Made by a program: the position numbers and the translations under genes
Shown: positions 1-8,842 of the stretch, one piece after another
Position numbering within the stretch: the stretch's first letter is position 1
How the letters are laid out: the number at the start of each line of letters is the position of its first letter
The notes under the pieces: generated by a model
Seen by the model: only the letters and a program-made list of their open reading frames with translations
Databases searched by the model: none
Told to the model about the DNA's origin: nothing
Source: Bacteroidales bacterium
GTDB lineage: Bacteria > Bacteroidota > Bacteroidia > Bacteroidales > UBA932
DNA length: 39,006 bases
Reading direction: 5' to 3'
Assembly: GCA_017546275.1 (NCBI GenBank)
Contig: JAFYXE010000064.1
Span: 1-39,006, forward strand

Positions 1-1
1 G

Positions 2-83
2 TGCGGGCGAAGGGAATCGAACCCATACGCCTCTCGGCACCAGATCCTAAGTCTGGCTTGTCTACCAATTTCAACACGCCCGC
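2..83 (-). tRNA. tRNA-Leu (TAG anticodon)
   Basis: Reverse complement folds as a cloverleaf: acceptor GCGGGCG/CGCCCGC, anticodon arm CCAGA-CTTAGGA-TCTGG, long variable arm, T-loop TTCGATT, discriminator A. The 3' end is at the window edge. Confidence 0.95.
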
Positions 84-95
84 GATTTGGGACTG

Positions 96-103
96 CAAAT
101 GTA
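96..103 (-). promoter_or_regulatory. Bacteroidetes housekeeping -7 promoter element (TACATTTG) for tRNA-Leu
   Basis: Matches TAnnTTTG 12 nt upstream of the tRNA. Confidence 0.75.
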
Positions 104-168
104 CAACAATTTATCTGATTTGCAAATATCCTTCCTATAAATGCTTCGGAAACGGAATCCAGGACTGA

Positions 169-783
169 TTAGAAGCAGATTCCCAGCCTGATGCTGAAGC
201 TGAGTGCAATGTTGTCGTGGCTTGATCCGAAGTAGTCCCACAACTGGAATCCGTGATGATATCCTGTATCCGCAGGATTTCCATAGGCATAACCGGCACC
301 GACCCAGAAGTCAGCAAGGAACCTCTTGTACAGATACTGATATCCTACTGTTCCGAGCAATGCTCCCATCACAGCCTTCTCCCTCGCTCCAGAGTCCTTG
401 CAATTGTGCAGGCCCGTATTCGTACAATTATACTGATAGTGCGAATAGATGAACTCAGGACGGAGATAGAAACCCTTGAGCGCCACATCATTGTTGCCGA
501 TGAAGAACTTGTGGCCATAACGCAATGTGAATCCGAGCGGCTGGTTCTTATACTTGTCATATCCCGCACTGATGAGGCTGGTGCAGATTTCACCGCTCTG
601 ATGCCAGTTAGGGAAAGCTCTCTCGTACGAAATCTTCGTACTTCCGCTTGTCCAAGACAGGAATGTTATCTTGAGGGAATTAAGATAGTTCGGCTGCTCG
701 AACTCTTTTTCACGCGCATTGCACACTGTTCCCAGAGAAAGGAACATAGCAACTGCCAGAATAGCTTTGAATAGGTTCTTCAT
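169..783 (-). CDS. Exported protein, probable small outer-membrane beta-barrel (DUF3575-like)
   Basis: 204 aa with a signal peptide, amphipathic aromatic-rich strands (GFYLRPEFIYSHY, VGYQY, ADFWVGAGY) and a C-terminal RLGICF. Confidence 0.65.
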   Translation of the reverse strand: MKNLFKAILAVAMFLSLGTVCNAREKEFEQPNYLNSLKITFLSWTSGSTKISYERAFPNWHQSGEICTSLISAGYDKYKNQPLGFTLRYGHKFFIGNNDVALKGFYLRPEFIYSHYQYNCTNTGLHNCKDSGAREKAVMGALLGTVGYQYLYKRFLADFWVGAGYAYGNPADTGYHHGFQLWDYFGSSHDNIALSFSIRLGICF

Positions 784-789
784 AGGTAT

Positions 790-819
790 AAAAAAAGTGA
801 GTTCTGCTCGAACTCACTT
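790..819 (-). terminator. Intrinsic terminator after tRNA-fMet
   Basis: Perfect 10-bp inverted repeat AAGTGAGTTC/GAACTCACTT followed by a U-run on the minus strand. Confidence 0.8.
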
Positions 820-825
820 GCTTAG

Positions 826-898
<73 letters not shown>

Positions 899-909
899 AT
901 ATTGGACTG

Positions 910-917
910 CAAATATA
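910..917 (-). promoter_or_regulatory. -7 promoter element (TATATTTG) for tRNA-fMet
   Basis: TAnnTTTG 11 nt upstream of the tRNA; context GGACTGCAAAT is shared with the tRNA-Leu promoter. Confidence 0.75.
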
Positions 918-982
918 CGGACAATTTTTGAAATTCCAAATTTTTTCGCAAAAATTTTCAAAAAATCGTCAAAAATCTGCAT

Positions 983-2392
983 TTACTCCTCCATTGAGAA
1001 CATCGGATCCCAGGCAGGGAGCTGCTCTGGAGTCTGCTCAAGCATCTTGAGGATATCCTCAGGAACATATTTCTTCTCCACTACAAGGCGGAACATATAC
1101 TCGTTGAACCACTCGTCAGTCATAATAAGACATCCCTTGTATCCTGACGCTGGGCCCCAGCTGTTCTCCACCATCCACTTCACCGGCTCACCGTCCACGA
1201 TATCAACTGCAATGAGAGTCATAGCGTGAGATGATCCGCTGGCGTGAGTCTGCACTCGCTCCTTCTTGTCCATACCGAACTTCACTCCCATAAGAGACTC
1301 ATAGTCGAAGTTGGCGATGTCAAGCACACCTTTGCTGCGGTTGAGGAACTTGCCCACGTCGCAAGAGAAATACATCGCCACATTATCCTTGATTGAAGCG
1401 ATGGCCATCTCCTTGATGCGCTCTACAGGAAGGTTGATGTAAAGCCAGTTGTGACCGTCATATACGTGTCTGTCATAATCGATCTCATACACCTTTCCAT
1501 ACTCGCGGCAAGGATCGTTCATAATCATCACATAGTTGTTCTCGAGGTCTTCGCCGATGAATTCGTCGTAGAAGCTCTTAGGAGTGTAGGTCTTGCGGCT
1601 TACGATATTGTTCTCCTTGTCGCATCTTGTCCACTCGAACTCCTTCACAGGCTCGCCGAGACAGAGAGCAAGCATACGGTAGATCTCTGAAAGCTGAGCG
1701 ACCTTCATCTTCTGAAGAGCATTCTTATTGCTGCCCTTCTCATATGCCTTTCTGAGCTCGAGACCGTCCTCACGAAGCTTAAGCTTCAAGAGATTGGCCA
1801 TCTGTGAAGTATTGTTTGCCTGATATGTCTCCGGCATAGCTTCAGCTGGCACGACTCCATATTTAGACACGAGGTTTGAAACACCTGTGAACTGACCGCC
1901 GTCACTGAGAGGATTGCTGAAAAGCCAGTCAACCTTTCTATCCTCGAAAGGAAGCTCTCTCGTATCGATCACACCCTGAAGGAAAAGATTTGCCTTCTCA
2001 AGCTGATCATAGAAGAAGAGATAGCTCTGCGAGAACTCCATTCCAGGAAGTCCATACTTGTCGATCATCTTTGCCCTGAGGACATTGAGTCCTGTGAAGA
2101 GCCAGCATCTGCCTGAAGACTTCTGGTCTGTGATGCCCTTGGTCCTTACTCTATCAGAGAAGTGTGTGTCGATCATTGCAGCATTGTCTGCATTGATGGC
2201 CAACGTAGCGATAGATGTGCCGGCAAGCGCATTGCTGATCGCCTTGTCGTATGCATTGTCCTCATATGCCGCGCTGATCTTGTCCAGCAGCTCTGGCGAA
2301 ATGCCACCGTCGGCAACGCCGGCAGGCTTCTGAGCAGAAAGAGACAATGATGTCAAAGCGACGAGAGCCGCAGAAAGGAAAAGTTTCTTCAT
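983..2392 (-). CDS. pepC: Aminopeptidase C / bleomycin hydrolase family (C1B) cysteine peptidase, exported
   Basis: QKSSGRCW (catalytic Cys), SHAMT (His), ENSWG (Asn), C-terminal LPAWDPM; N-terminal signal peptide. Confidence 0.9.
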   Translation of the reverse strand: MKKLFLSAALVALTSLSLSAQKPAGVADGGISPELLDKISAAYEDNAYDKAISNALAGTSIATLAINADNAAMIDTHFSDRVRTKGITDQKSSGRCWLFTGLNVLRAKMIDKYGLPGMEFSQSYLFFYDQLEKANLFLQGVIDTRELPFEDRKVDWLFSNPLSDGGQFTGVSNLVSKYGVVPAEAMPETYQANNTSQMANLLKLKLREDGLELRKAYEKGSNKNALQKMKVAQLSEIYRMLALCLGEPVKEFEWTRCDKENNIVSRKTYTPKSFYDEFIGEDLENNYVMIMNDPCREYGKVYEIDYDRHVYDGHNWLYINLPVERIKEMAIASIKDNVAMYFSCDVGKFLNRSKGVLDIANFDYESLMGVKFGMDKKERVQTHASGSSHAMTLIAVDIVDGEPVKWMVENSWGPASGYKGCLIMTDEWFNEYMFRLVVEKKYVPEDILKMLEQTPEQLPAWDPMFSMEE

Positions 2393-2403
2393 AGTGAATA
2401 TGC

Positions 2404-3813
2404 TTATGATATGAATTCGATCATTGAAGCGATGTCAGTCTTCGCAAACGACTTCTGCTCACCTGATGCAAGGTTCTTGATATTGATGAGACCTTCTGCA
2501 GCCTCGTTTCCACCTACGATAGAGAGGAAAGGAATGCACTTCTTGTCAGCATAGTCGAACTGCTTCTTGAGTTTCGAAGACTCTGGGTAAATCTCGCAAG
2601 ACACTCCAGCCTCGCGGAGTTCCTTCACTACAGGAATCAGATACTTGAGCTCCTCTGCTCCCATATTTGCGAAAAGAAGTCTTGTTGTAGATGTTACCTC
2701 TGAAGGGAACTTGTCGAGTCCCTTGAGAACGTCGTAGATACGGTCTGCACCGAATGAGATGCCGACACCAGACATATTAGGAAGACCGAAGATGCCGGTA
2801 AGGTTGTCGTAGCGACCGCCGCCGCAGATGCTTCCGATGGCAAAGTCCTTTGCCTTCACCTCGAAGATGGCACCTGTATAGTAGTTGAGTCCGCGTGCGA
2901 GAGAGAGGTCGATCTCCACCTCGTGACGGATGCCTGCAGCATCGATGAATCCGAAGAGTTCCTCAAGCTCGTCAAGGCCCTTGAGGCCTGTCTCCGAAAC
3001 GATGCCCGAAGCAGACTTGCCGCTCATAAGGTCGCGCATAACAGCGATCTTCTCTGCAGTCGTACCGGAAAGAGTGAGCACCGGACGGATAACCTCTACA
3101 GCCTCTGGAGTAAGTCCCTTCTCAAGCATCTCAGCCTCGACTGCCTCGAGTCCGATCTTGTCGATCTTGTCGATTGCAACGGTGATGTCCACCACCTTGT
3201 CAGGGAAGCCGCAGATCTCTGCCATACCTGTGAGGACCTTGCGGTTGTTGATCTTGATGCATACGTTCACATCGAAGAGAGTGAACACTCTATCCACGAT
3301 CTGTACAAGTTCGAGCTCGTTGAGCTGTGATGTAGAACCGATAACGTCTACGTCACACTGGTAGAACTCTCTATAGCGACCCTTCTGAGGACGGTCAGCA
3401 CGCCATACAGGCTGGATCTGGAATCTCTTGAAAGGGAAAGTGATGTCGTTCTGATGCTGAACTACGAATCTTGCAAACGGAACAGTGAGGTCATAACGAA
3501 GACCCTTCTCACAAACTTTGAGAGAAAGGGCCTTGCTGTTGTAGCCGTCCTCCGTTCCCTCAACACGATACTCATCGTAGTTGATCTTCGAGAACGCGTC
3601 TCCGGAATTCAGAATTCTGAAAAGAAGCTTGTCTCCCTCTTCGCCGTACTTGCCGAGAAGAGTGCTGAGGTTCTCCATTGAAGGAGTTTCGATAGGTGCA
3701 TATCCATATGTCTTGAAGACAGAACGGATAGTGTCGAATATATAGTTTCTTCCTGCCATCTCTGCAGGTCCGAAGTCTCTAGTTCCCTTTGGAATCGAAG
3801 GTTTCTGTGCCAT
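2404..3813 (-). CDS. hisS: Histidine--tRNA ligase
   Basis: [50 protein letters not shown] motifs. Confidence 0.98.
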   Translation of the reverse strand: MAQKPSIPKGTRDFGPAEMAGRNYIFDTIRSVFKTYGYAPIETPSMENLSTLLGKYGEEGDKLLFRILNSGDAFSKINYDEYRVEGTEDGYNSKALSLKVCEKGLRYDLTVPFARFVVQHQNDITFPFKRFQIQPVWRADRPQKGRYREFYQCDVDVIGSTSQLNELELVQIVDRVFTLFDVNVCIKINNRKVLTGMAEICGFPDKVVDITVAIDKIDKIGLEAVEAEMLEKGLTPEAVEVIRPVLTLSGTTAEKIAVMRDLMSGKSASGIVSETGLKGLDELEELFGFIDAAGIRHEVEIDLSLARGLNYYTGAIFEVKAKDFAIGSICGGGRYDNLTGIFGLPNMSGVGISFGADRIYDVLKGLDKFPSEVTSTTRLLFANMGAEELKYLIPVVKELREAGVSCEIYPESSKLKKQFDYADKKCIPFLSIVGGNEAAEGLINIKNLASGEQKSFAKTDIASMIEFIS

Positions 3814-3840
3814 TGTCTCTGATTTTTTCAGTTAATCGTG

Positions 3841-3848
3841 CAAATATA
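3841..3848 (-). promoter_or_regulatory. -7 promoter element (TATATTTG) for hisS-pepC
   Basis: TAnnTTTG 27 nt upstream of the hisS ATG. Confidence 0.7.
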
Positions 3849-3911
3849 ATAAATATCATTGACACTTCTAACCGAAAAAGAGACCTCATATCAACACACT
3901 CCAATCAATTT

Positions 3912-4424
3912 TCAGTCACGGAATACAGTGACAGTTCCGTCTCCTGTGACTTCCACATCTATATCCGATCCGTTCACACGTCCGTCAAACCTGTATGACA
4001 CTCCAGATGGTCTCTCGATATAGTCCGCATCCCTTTCAAAAGTTGCCTTCGAGCATACAGGGTCTGCATCAAGATACTCTTTTATGTACTTTGGAACATC
4101 AGCGAAACGTATATCGTTCTGAGACTTCACCCAGTTGCCGTCAGAATCGAACCACACCTCATACTCCACCTTGTTCACACCTGCTCCAACCTCATAGGAA
4201 AGCTTCCAGAACGAGCCCTCCTGCTCCCACTCGACATCTCTCGCCCCGTCAGGAACCTGCGTCCTGTCCTCCGGCATACCGGATGTCACATTTTCAGGGA
4301 TGAATCCCCTCGCCTTCTGACGTGCATCATATTTATTTGTATAGTCCAATGTCTCGCAAGACAAAAGGACAGCAACTGCTGCCAATGCGCCCGCTACAGC
4401 TGCAATATTCATCAATCTTTTCAT
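3912..4424 (-). CDS. Lipoprotein with PepSY-like / BLIP-like repeat
   Basis: Lipobox LLSC; motif ARDVEWEQEG...YEVWFDSDGNWVKS...VPKYIKEYL. Confidence 0.6.
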   Translation of the reverse strand: MKRLMNIAAVAGALAAVAVLLSCETLDYTNKYDARQKARGFIPENVTSGMPEDRTQVPDGARDVEWEQEGSFWKLSYEVGAGVNKVEYEVWFDSDGNWVKSQNDIRFADVPKYIKEYLDADPVCSKATFERDADYIERPSGVSYRFDGRVNGSDIDVEVTGDGTVTVFRD

Positions 4425-4476
4425 AACTTATCGGTTTAATAGTGTTTCTATTTGCTCAAAACGGTTTTCACCTTCG

Positions 4477-4577
4477 CAAATATAATTCTAATTTTTAATT
4501 ATACAAATTCTAAATTAAAATTCATATTAAAAATTATATGTATAGGAACGAGGATAACGAAACTTTTTATACCTTTG
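4477..4577. promoter_or_regulatory. Divergent promoter pair (lipoprotein / polA)
   Basis: TATATTTG on minus at 4477-4484 and TACCTTTG on plus at 4570-4577 flanking a very AT-rich spacer. Confidence 0.65.
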
Positions 4578-4599
4578 GGGTTCAATTTTAGAAACGGTT

Positions 4600-7245
4600 A
4601 TGGCGAACACACTTTTCCTGATAGACGGTCACGCTCTCATATTCAAGATGTACTATGCCTTCTTCAGGCATCCTATGATCAATTCGAAGGGCGCGGATAT
4701 GTCCATCCTGTTCGGATTCACCAAATATATCCTTGAACTTATCGAGAAGGAAAAGCCATCCCATCTCGCCATCGCGTTCGATCCTCCGGGAGGAACGTTC
4801 CGTCACACTATGTACCCTGAATACAAGGCCACACGCTCCGCAACTCCACAGCTCGTGATAGACTCGCTGGAGCCGCTCTGCGAACTCTGCAAGGCGATGG
4901 GCTTCCCTGTGCTGATGGTAAAGGGATACGAGGCGGACGACGTAATCGGTTCAATGGCCAAATATGCCGAGAAAGAAGGATATACCGTATATATGGTTAC
5001 TCCTGACAAGGACTACGGCCAGCTTATTACAGAGAACATCCTCCAGTACAAGCCTGGCAAGTCAGGCAGCGAGCACGAAATCATCGACAGCGCCAAGGTC
5101 TGCGAAAAATACAACATCCACAGACCTGAGCAGGTAGTGGAGATCCTTACCATATGCGGTGACTCGTCCGACAACGTCCCAGGCGTGAAGGGAGTCGGAG
5201 AAGTCGGAGCAGGCAAACTCATATCCAAGTACGGCACTGTCAGCAACATATACGAGCACATCGACGAGCTGACTCCTAAGCAGCGCGAGGCATTTGAAGG
5301 CGCAAAGGACTACATAGAGATGAGCCACGACCTCGTGACCATCAGAACTGATGTGCCACTCGAAGCAAAATGCTGCGATGCAGAAGTTACAGGAGCATAC
5401 TCTCCGGAAGTTGCAGACCTCTTTGAGAAATACGAATTCGGTTCACTCAAGAAGTATCTCGGAGACATCAAGCCAACATCTGCAAAGGAGGAGAAGAAGC
5501 TTACATTCAAGGAAGTGACTCCAGAGGCCATAGCAAAGCTGGCGAAGGAGAGCGGAAGCTGTGCTGTTGTAACCGACAGCAAGGAAGCCGGAATATTCAG
5601 CCAGATCGGCAAGGTGACCGTAGCGGTAGGCGAAGCTGTAGCGGAGGGCAAGGCGGAGGAGTTTGCAGGCATCCTCGCAGACACCGCAGTCACAAAGTAC
5701 GGATATGATCTGAAACTGCAGCGCAACCTGCTGGTACACAACGGACTCTTACTCGAGGGCAAGCTGATGGACATCGAACTGATGCACTATCTCATCAACC
5801 CTGAGAAGAGCCACAAGATAGACATCCTTTCAAGAACTTATCTTGGAATCAACATCGAGGACAGCCTTGAAAGTCCTAAGGAAGAGGCTCCCCTCTCGCT
5901 CTTCGACGAGATACCTGAAGAAGATACGACCACAAGCCGATTCCCAGAGGCCGCGGTGACGTATCTGTTAGGCGAAAAGATCTGGGAAGAGATGGGCGCG
6001 TCTGAGGTCCAGGGGCTTTACGACCAGATGGAAGAGCCGCTGCTGAAGGTGCTGTCGGATATGGAGATGGAAGGTGTGAAGATCGACCAGGCTCAGCTGC
6101 GCAGATATGCCGCAGGCCTGACTGCAGAGATGAACGCCATCCAGGAGAACATCAGAGAAATGGCTGAGGAACCTACCCTCAACATTATGTCTCCAAAACA
6201 GATCGGAACACTGATTTTCGAAAAGCTCAACCTCGACCCTAAGGCCAAGCCTAAGTCAGGCAGCCGTGGAAGCTATCCTACAGATGAGGACACCCTCAGC
6301 GCACTGTCGGACAGACATCCTATCATCAACGAAATACTTGAGTTCAGAGGCGTCAAGAAGCTTCTGTCCACATATATCGAACCTTTCCCTAACTACATTT
6401 CACCAGTGACAGGAAAGATTCATACAACTTTCAATCAGGCACTTACAGCTACCGGAAGACTCAGTTCATCCAAGCCGAACCTGCAGAACATCCCTATCAG
6501 GACAGAAAGGGGCAAGGAGATCCGAAAAGCCTTCATCCCAAGCCGTCCTGACGGAGTGATCGTATCAGCCGACTATTCTCAGATCGAACTGAGGATAATG
6601 GCGCATCTCAGCTGTGACGCACACCTCATCAATGCCTTCCGCAACGGTCAGGACGTGCACGCCATCACAGCAGCCAAGATCTTCGGAGTGGACCTTTCGG
6701 AAGTTACTCCGGACCAGAGACGTATTGCCAAGACCGCAAACTTCGGCATTATGTACGGAATCTCTGCCTTCGGCCTCTCCCAGAGACTCAAGATCGGAAG
6801 AGCAGAAGCAAAGAAGATCATCGAAGACTACTTCGCAAACTTCCCTTCAATATCGTCATTCATCAACGACACATTGACAAGCGCTAGGGAGAACGGCTAC
6901 GTAGAGACCATCTTCGGGCGCCGCAGATATCTGCCTGACATCAACTCGACCAACGGCACAGTACGTTCGATCGCAGAAAGGAATGCCATCAATGCACCTA
7001 TCCAGGGCACCTCGGCCGACATCATCAAACTCGCGATGATCAACGTCGACAGACGCATCAAGAGCGAAGGTCTCCAGAGCAAGATGGTGCTCCAGATCCA
7101 CGACGAACTTGTATTTGACGCGACAGTTTCCGAAGTGGCCCGTCTTGAGCAGATCGTAAGAGAAGAGATGGAGAACGTGGTGGAACTCTCAATACCTTTA
7201 ACAGTAGAATGCAATTATGGAAACAACTGGCTCGAAGCTCACTGA
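4600..7245 (+). CDS. polA: DNA polymerase I
   Basis: 5'-3' exonuclease motifs (LIDGH, YEADD, DKD, GDSSDNVPG) and polymerase motifs (TGRLSS, PNLQNIP, ADYSQIELR, KTANFG, QIHDEL). Confidence 0.98.
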   Translation: MANTLFLIDGHALIFKMYYAFFRHPMINSKGADMSILFGFTKYILELIEKEKPSHLAIAFDPPGGTFRHTMYPEYKATRSATPQLVIDSLEPLCELCKAMGFPVLMVKGYEADDVIGSMAKYAEKEGYTVYMVTPDKDYGQLITENILQYKPGKSGSEHEIIDSAKVCEKYNIHRPEQVVEILTICGDSSDNVPGVKGVGEVGAGKLISKYGTVSNIYEHIDELTPKQREAFEGAKDYIEMSHDLVTIRTDVPLEAKCCDAEVTGAYSPEVADLFEKYEFGSLKKYLGDIKPTSAKEEKKLTFKEVTPEAIAKLAKESGSCAVVTDSKEAGIFSQIGKVTVAVGEAVAEGKAEEFAGILADTAVTKYGYDLKLQRNLLVHNGLLLEGKLMDIELMHYLINPEKSHKIDILSRTYLGINIEDSLESPKEEAPLSLFDEIPEEDTTTSRFPEAAVTYLLGEKIWEEMGASEVQGLYDQMEEPLLKVLSDMEMEGVKIDQAQLRRYAAGLTAEMNAIQENIREMAEEPTLNIMSPKQIGTLIFEKLNLDPKAKPKSGSRGSYPTDEDTLSALSDRHPIINEILEFRGVKKLLSTYIEPFPNYISPVTGKIHTTFNQALTATGRLSSSKPNLQNIPIRTERGKEIRKAFIPSRPDGVIVSADYSQIELRIMAHLSCDAHLINAFRNGQDVHAITAAKIFGVDLSEVTPDQRRIAKTANFGIMYGISAFGLSQRLKIGRAEAKKIIEDYFANFPSISSFINDTLTSARENGYVETIFGRRRYLPDINSTNGTVRSIAERNAINAPIQGTSADIIKLAMINVDRRIKSEGLQSKMVLQIHDELVFDATVSEVARLEQIVREEMENVVELSIPLTVECNYGNNWLEAH

Positions 7246-7816
7246 TCTGACAGACATCGAACTGGTCAGGATGGCGGCCGAACAGAATCAGGCCGCATAC
7301 ATCGTTCTGTACACCAGATATAATGTCGGTGTACGCAGCCACATATCCAGATACGTGGCCCAGAAGGAGGACATCGAAGATATCTGCCTTGAAAGCTTCC
7401 AGAAGGCATTCAGCCAGATAGAATCATATAATCCGGAATACAAGTTCTCGACCTGGCTCTACCGAATCGCCAGAAACACGGCGTTCGATTATCTCAGCAA
7501 GCATATGAGGGAGATGACCAATATGCCGACAACCTCCATCAACGAGGAGATCGCGGAACTGAAGGAACTGCCTGCCACAATGCACAATCCTGAGGAAGAC
7601 ATCATAAACCAGCAGGAATACGACAAGTGGCTGACAAACATCGAAAAGTTGAAAGACGACTACAGGACAGTCGCAAAGATGAACCTGATCGACAACTTCG
7701 GATACAAGGAGATAGCGGACGCCTTGGAAATGCCGCTCAACACAGTAAAGACAAAGATACGCAGAGCTAAGGCCATACTGCTCAAGATGATGGACTACTC
7801 TGACGAACTTCTATAA
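7217..7816 (+). CDS. ECF-type sigma-70 factor
   Basis: Region 2 (DIEDICLESFQKAF, FSTWLYRIARN) and region 4 (GYKEIADALEMPLNTVKTKIRRAK). Overlaps the polA end by 29 bp. Confidence 0.9.
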   Translation: METTGSKLTDLTDIELVRMAAEQNQAAYIVLYTRYNVGVRSHISRYVAQKEDIEDICLESFQKAFSQIESYNPEYKFSTWLYRIARNTAFDYLSKHMREMTNMPTTSINEEIAELKELPATMHNPEEDIINQQEYDKWLTNIEKLKDDYRTVAKMNLIDNFGYKEIADALEMPLNTVKTKIRRAKAILLKMMDYSDELL

Positions 7817-7827
7817 GACGTAAAATT

Positions 7828-8514
7828 ATGACATTCAACGAATTCAAAAGCATAATCGAGATCAGCTTCCCGGAAGTGACTCCAGAGCAGATGGAGCAGT
7901 TCCGCCTTATGGAAGGCCTCTACAGAGAATGGAACGCGAAGATCAACGTAGTGTCAAGAAAAGATATCGACGAACTCTACAGACACCACGTCCTTCACTC
8001 CCTTGGCATTGCAGCCTACCTAAAGAACCAGATGCCTGACATCTATGAAAGGATGAGAGGCGACGGTCCGTACAGCGTATCAGAGCCATTGAAGATCCTC
8101 GACCTCGGTACAGGCGGAGGCTTCCCTGGCATTCCGCTCTCAGTTATGTTCCCTCACGCACAGTTCACCCTCTGCGACTCGATCGGAAAGAAAATCATCG
8201 TCGCTACTGAAGTATACAAGGGACTTGGCCTGAAGAACGTCACAACAGTAAACGCCAGAGCGGAGTCTCTCCCGGAGACCTTTGATTATATAGTATCACG
8301 TGCAGTCACTTCCCTCGAGAACTTTATGCCTTGGGTAAAGGGCAAATACAGCGAAGGAATCCTCTATCTCAAGGGTGGAGACCTCGCCGAGGAAATCTCG
8401 ACAGCAATGGCAAAATTCAAGATGCGCAAGGGTTCTGTGCACATTTGGCCTATAAACAGCTGGACTGAAGACCCGTTCTTTGAGACCAAACAGGTGATAT
8501 ATATAGAAAAATAG
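7828..8514 (+). CDS. rsmG: 16S rRNA m7G527 methyltransferase
   Basis: WNAKINVVSR, HHVLHSL, LDLGTGGGFPGIPL, SRAV, LKG. Confidence 0.95.
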   Translation: MTFNEFKSIIEISFPEVTPEQMEQFRLMEGLYREWNAKINVVSRKDIDELYRHHVLHSLGIAAYLKNQMPDIYERMRGDGPYSVSEPLKILDLGTGGGFPGIPLSVMFPHAQFTLCDSIGKKIIVATEVYKGLGLKNVTTVNARAESLPETFDYIVSRAVTSLENFMPWVKGKYSEGILYLKGGDLAEEISTAMAKFKMRKGSVHIWPINSWTEDPFFETKQVIYIEK

Positions 8515-8545
8515 CAAAATATTTTGCAAATAATTTCTAAAGTGC

Positions 8546-8553
8546 TATCTTTG
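8546..8553 (+). promoter_or_regulatory. -7 promoter element (TATCTTTG) for rpmH
   Basis: TAnnTTTG followed by CA, 35 nt upstream of the ATG. Confidence 0.75.
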
Positions 8554-8588
8554 CACTCCCAAATTGAAAAATATAAAAATATCTAGAT

Positions 8589-8741
8589 ATGAAAAGAACA
8601 TTCCAACCATCACAGCGCAAGCGCCGCAACAAGCACGGTTTCCGCGAGCGTATGTCGACTCCTAACGGACGTCGCGTATTGGCAGCACGCCGCCGTCGTG
8701 GCCGCAAGAAGCTGACTGTATCATCTGAGGACAGATGGTAA
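8589..8741 (+). CDS. rpmH: 50S ribosomal protein L34 (50 aa, missing from the ORF track)
   Basis: Translated by hand: [50 protein letters not shown]. Confidence 0.98.
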   Translation: MKRTFQPSQRKRRNKHGFRERMSTPNGRRVLAARRRRGRKKLTVSSEDRW

Positions 8742-8742
8742 G

Positions 8743-8777
8743 AAAAAGGAACTGATCGGGAGATCGGTTCCTTTTTT
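8743..8777 (+). terminator. rpmH terminator
   Basis: AAAAAGGAACTGATC-GGGA-GATCGGTTCCTTTTTT hairpin with U-run. Confidence 0.85.
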
Positions 8778-8801
8778 CTTTATCACCTGTCAGGCACAAA
8801 T

Positions 8802-8834
8802 AAAAAAGGACCAGCTGACTGATCAGCTGGTCCT
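8802..8834 (-). terminator. ettA terminator
   Basis: AGGACCAGCTGA-CTGA-TCAGCTGGTCCT hairpin with U-run on the minus strand. Confidence 0.85.
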
Positions 8835-8842
8835 ATTTATTA

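Noticed and set aside
7828-8840. rsmG next to rpmH as a sign of oriC
   Set aside because: No dnaA, rnpA or yidC nearby and no TTATCCACA box cluster seen.
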